A DNA stretch of 64,000 nt, from the NCBI GenBank assembly GCA_963702095.1, contig OY969706.1, positions 1,600,001 through 1,664,000 on the forward strand, written 5' to 3'. The position numbers were made by a program, and so were the translations under genes. The notes below the pieces were generated by a model. It was not told where the DNA came from and did no database searches. It saw nothing but the letters and a program-made list of their open reading frames with translations. This document shows positions 59,820 to 64,000 of the stretch, piece by piece. The DNA comes from Candidatus Bathyarchaeota archaeon. GTDB taxonomy: Archaea; Thermoproteota; Bathyarchaeia; Bathyarchaeales; Bathycorpusculaceae. How positions within the stretch are numbered: the first letter of the stretch is position 1; each line of letters opens with the position of its first letter.

Positions 59820-62800
59820 CTAGTGGATGTTTATGAATATTTTTTTGCCGTCTAATTCGGATTCATGCCATTTCGTTTCAACTTCACTTTGGGCTGCATG
59901 CAAGTAGACTTTTCGGGCACGGACCAACCCAGCCATCTCTTCAAGGTAGGGCTCAAGTAACCCTCTGCTTTCAGGGTCCAACTCGGCAATGTGGACCGAT
60001 TCAAGGGTTTCAGTAGGTACAAAACCCAGCTCTTTACGCAGAGCTTGAACGCGGCGTGCCAAGTCACGCATGATGCCTTCGCCCAGCAGTTTATCGTCAC
60101 GTTGACCGCTGACAAACACGGTTATCTCGTCTTCTTGTGCAGAAACCCAGTTTTCGCCGCCCACATACTCAGGAACGGAGGTGGCGTATTCAACGGATTT
60201 GACGTTGGTTTGCTCCAGCAGCAGCGCCTCGAGGCTCCCAAGGGCGTCGAGGGTTTTTTGCGGTGCAACCACAATGGCTCTGGCAAGCGGCCAGCGGCGT
60301 TTAAGTTTGCCCTGTTGACGTGCAGCAAACGAAATCGACACAGCCTTAAGCAGGATTTCAAATTGGTCTTCGATTTGCTTGTTGCGTGCGTCGAGGTTGG
60401 GGGTGGGCCAAGCGGCTAAATTGACGGTTTCTGGCAGGTTAGGTTCAAGTTTGCGGTAGATTTTCTGGTAGAGCGCTTCACTTAGAAACGGCGTGATTGG
60501 GTTGAATAGTAGGGTTACTGTTTTTAGTGTGTCGTGTAGAAGTGCGTAGATGGTTTGGCGGCGTTCAACGGTGTCTGGGTCGTCTGTCCAGAGTTCCTTG
60601 CGGATCATGGGCACATAGAGGCGGCTGAGGGTTTCGATGACAAAGTCGTCGAGCACTGCCTAGGGCAGCGTTGAATTCGCAGCGTTCAAGCTTGGCAGTG
60701 TAATCCTCGATTCGGTCCTGCAAAACCGATAGCATCCAAATGTCGGCAGCCTGAAGTTTCCCTGCCTTTAGTGCCCATTCAAAGGAGTATTTGGAGGGTG
60801 TGAATTCGTCGAAGGTAGCGTTTTCCATGAAGAAGCGGCTTAAATGGTACAGGGTAGACAGGACTTGGTAGCTTCGGCGGGTCAACTCCTGCATGTCAAA
60901 ACTCATGAAGTCCACGGGTGAGCATTTGCGGGTCATGTAGAATCGGCAGAGGTCCGCGCTGTTCTTTTCCAACAGCTTGTTGGTTTCGATGACGTTGCCT
61001 ATGCTTTTGCTCATTTTTCTGCCCTTTGAGTCCTGTGTTAAGCCTTGGAATAGAAACGCCTTGTATGGTGCTTCGGCTTCTCCACTAAGAATTATGCGTT
61101 CGAGCAGAAGCGAGTTTGCCCAGCCCCTCGTTTGGTCGATGCCTTCAGTTAACCATGCTGTAGGCACATATTTTGCTTCTTCTTCGTCGCTGAAGCGTGC
61201 ATGGGGTGAAGCGCCGCTGTTATGCCACGTATCCAACACGAAGTCTTCTCGGCGCATGGCGCCTCCGCATTTGGTGCATTTGAAGGTGATGCGGTCAACC
61301 CAGGGTTTATGCAACTCAAAGTTGTCTGGAATCGGCTCCTGCGCGAGTTCTATGAGTTCTTTTTTGCTTGAGACAAATTGTTTGCTGCCGCATTGCTCAC
61401 AGGTCCACATGGGCAGGGGTGTGCCCCAGACGCGTTCGCGGCTGATACACCAGGGTTTGCCTTCTTTTAGGAAGCCTAAGAAGCGGTTTTTGGGTTCATC
61501 ATAGAAGTACTGGACTTTGTCGGCGGCTTCAAGCACTTTTTGGTTGAGTTTGTCGGTGCGCAAAAAGTATTCTTTGCGTGCCAGCCAAACCAGTTTGTGG
61601 TGGCTGCGCCAGCAAGTGGGGTACTCATGTTTGACTTTTTTGATTTCTACGAAACTGTTACGGCTCCGCAGTTCCTCGACCACAAGCATGTCTGCGTCGC
61701 GTGCGAATACTCCGTCGAATATCCCTGCATCTTCTGTGAATTTGACTTCGTCGTCGTAGGGAGCGTAGATGGGGACGCCTCTGCGTTGGGCAGCCCAGAA
61801 ATCGTCTTCGCCGTTGCCCGGTGAAAGGTGCACGACGCCAGTTGCGGTGTCGACGTCGACGAAGTCTTCGCCGACGACGTGGTGGACGAGGGGGTGTTTG
61901 GTTTCGAGTTCTGCCTGTTTGGGGATGATGTCTTTTAGGGGGTACTCGTATGCTATGCCTTCGAGGCTTTTTCCGGTCATGGTTTGGGTGATTTGGTAGT
62001 CTTTAATTTCAAGTTCAGCCATGACTGGTTCAACACGTTGATGTACCATAATCCAGGTTTCGGCGCCGACTTTGACTTTGACGTATTCGGCTGTTGGTTG
62101 CACGGCAAGCATGGTGTCGGTGATGACTGTGAAGGGCATGGTGGTCCACACCAGGAAATACTCGTTCTGTGTGCCTTTGACTTTGAATTTGAAGTAGAGG
62201 GAGGGGTCTTCGACTTGTTTGTAGCTGCCCTCGTAGCCGACTTCGGCACTGCTTAAACTGGTTTGGCAACCGGGACAGTACGCCACGACATAGTGGCCTT
62301 CCTCGAGTAGTCCTTGGTCCCAGGCGGCTTTGAGGATTTGCCATTCCCGCTCAATGTAGCTATCTTTGTAGGTCCAATACGCTTTTTCCTGGTTTATGGC
62401 GACGCCGAGTTTTCCGTCTGCTTCAAGCCACATAGCGTGGTAACGCATGATTGCTTTCTTGCATTCTTCGATAAAGCGTTCCATACCATATTTTTCGATG
62501 GATTCACGCTTGTTACGCACGCCCAGTAACTTTTCGACTTCAAGTTCCACTGGCAAGCCTTGGCAGTCCCATCCTGCCCAAAATGGCATGTAGTAGCCCT
62601 CCATGGTTTTCCAGCGGTAACGGAGGTCTTTCATGATTCTGCCGCGTGCGTGGCCGATGTGGGGGATGCCGTTTAGTGTTGGGGGTCCTTCGACGTAGCC
62701 GAGGTTGCCTTTGATGTTGGGTGAATTGGAGAGGGCTTCGAGTTTTTCGCGGATCTGGTTTTTTGCCCAGAATTCCCTGATTTCTTTTTCGAGGTCAAGC

Positions 62801-62847
62801 GGATTGTAGTTGGTCGGAAGGGCACTTTCAGTGTTTTGGGCAGTCAA
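59820..62847 (-). CDS. ileS: Isoleucyl-tRNA synthetase (frameshift near 60660)
   Basis: HIGH, GWDCQGLPVE, WTT.P.T, TGVVHLSPG.G.DD, WCISRER.WGTP, EGIDQTRGW, KMSKS; anticodon domain in second ORF. Confidence 0.95.
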
Positions 62848-62985
62848 GTCAATTACCGTAACGCAACATACTCCAAAAGACTATATAAAATTATAAACTT
62901 CCAAAAAGCAGCAGCATGGTTCGGCTGGGGGGTTTGAGCGGGGGCAAAGTCGGGGATTTGTTGCTCTGCCGACTTCTCCCGGCTT

Positions 62986-64000
62986 CTACTGCGTTTTGCT
63001 TAGCTCTTCGAGGATTTCTTTTGCGCGGTCCACTCTGACCCTGTGTTCCTTAACCATCTGCTCCGCCACAGCTTCAATTTCTGGTCCTTGGGCGCCTGCA
63101 GTGACAGCGATGTTGCGTGCGTGCAGCGACATGTGCCCGCGCTGGATGCCCTCGCTTGCCAATGCACGGAGCGCGGCGAGGTTCTGGGCTAACCCAACTG
63201 CAACGATGACTTCCGCGAATTCGTTAGCGCTTTTGACATCCAGAATCTTCATGGCGATGCGGGCTATGGGGTGGGTTTTGACTGCGCCGCCGATTAAGCC
63301 CACAGCCATCGGCAGCTCGATTTCGCCCTCCAAATCGCCGTTGCTGTTTTTGGTCCATTTTGAAAACGTCGTGTAGTGTCCGCGGAGGGCGGCGTAGGCG
63401 TGTCCGCCGGCTTCGATGGCTCGGTGGTCGTTGCCCGTAGCCAATATAACGGCGACCATGCCGTTCATGGCGCCTTTGTTGTGGGTTGCTGCGCGGTAGG
63501 GGTCTGCTGCTGCGAACGCGGAGGCATAAGCGATGCCCTCAACGACTGCTTCGCCGCCCACAGCCTCTTTAGGCACAGTGCAGGTGGCTTTTGCAAGCCG
63601 CCTAACAGCCAAATTCGAGATTATGCGCAGATAAACTTGCCCGCCTGTGAGTTCTTCAATCAACGGCGCCACGGCTTCACACATGGTGTTCACGGCGTTT
63701 GCGCCCATGGCGTCACGGCAATCCACGTATAACTCTACGATAAGCATTGGTCCAAGGGTGGTTTGGATGACTTTTGCGCCTAAATCTTTGGCGCCGCCGC
63801 CGAAAGAGTTCAAAACGGGGTCTTGCTCGTTAGCCTTCTTCAGAATTTCGAGTTTTGCCGTTAAGACCTGCATCTGCGCCCGTTCTGCGTCATGGAGTTT
63901 GGCAACTTGGATTTGCCCAATCATCACCGGCTCAGTGCTGCTGGTTTTGAATCCGTCGCCGTCACGCACCATCTTGGCTGCGTAGCTTGCCGCCGCGATA
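62986..64000 (-). CDS. mvaA: Hydroxymethylglutaryl-CoA reductase, class II (5' end beyond window)
   Basis: DAMGANAVNT, DPYRAATHNKG.MNG, GNDHRA.EAG.H, GLAQNLAALRAL..EGIQRGHM.LHA. Confidence 0.93.
   Translation of the reverse strand, partial: IAAASYAAKMVRDGDGFKTSSTEPVMIGQIQVAKLHDAERAQMQVLTAKLEILKKANEQDPVLNSFGGGAKDLGAKVIQTTLGPMLIVELYVDCRDAMGANAVNTMCEAVAPLIEELTGGQVYLRIISNLAVRRLAKATCTVPKEAVGGEAVVEGIAYASAFAAADPYRAATHNKGAMNGMVAVILATGNDHRAIEAGGHAYAALRGHYTTFSKWTKNSNGDLEGEIELPMAVGLIGGAVKTHPIARIAMKILDVKSANEFAEVIVAVGLAQNLAALRALASEGIQRGHMSLHARNIAVTAGAQGPEIEAVAEQMVKEHRVRVDRAKEILEELSKTQ

Noticed and set aside
62986-64000. Bacterial-type class II HMG-CoA reductase as a novelty
   Set aside because: Class II enzymes are already known in several archaeal lineages such as Archaeoglobus.

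Overview
Archaeal chromosomal window. The evidence is archaeal-type Trm1, IleRS and SelD, an AbrB-PhoU regulator, TrmB, class III signal-peptide pilins and a tRNA-Ala without encoded CCA. Gene content and style suggest Bathyarchaeia (inference). It holds housekeeping and metabolic genes (PPK2, trm1, proC, aspartokinase, nfnAB, ileS, class II HMG-CoA reductase), a type IV pilus operon with two major pilins, and a MoxR-AAA/vWA pair enclosed by perfect 230-bp inverted repeats next to tRNA-Ala. It also has an AbiJ-like defence gene at the tRNA 3' end, a small toxin-antitoxin pair, and a CitG gene beside three paralogous Pol-beta nucleotidyltransferases. A LysR-linked dsrE-tusA-double-cubane protein-selD operon lies near nfnAB. 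Two unannotated dispersed intergenic repeat families occur (5 and 4 copies), and one looks like a structured RNA or MITE. About ten single-base frameshifts, including one in essential ileS, indicate consensus sequencing errors, so broken genes are not called pseudogenes. All product calls come from motif recognition by eye; no database searches were run.
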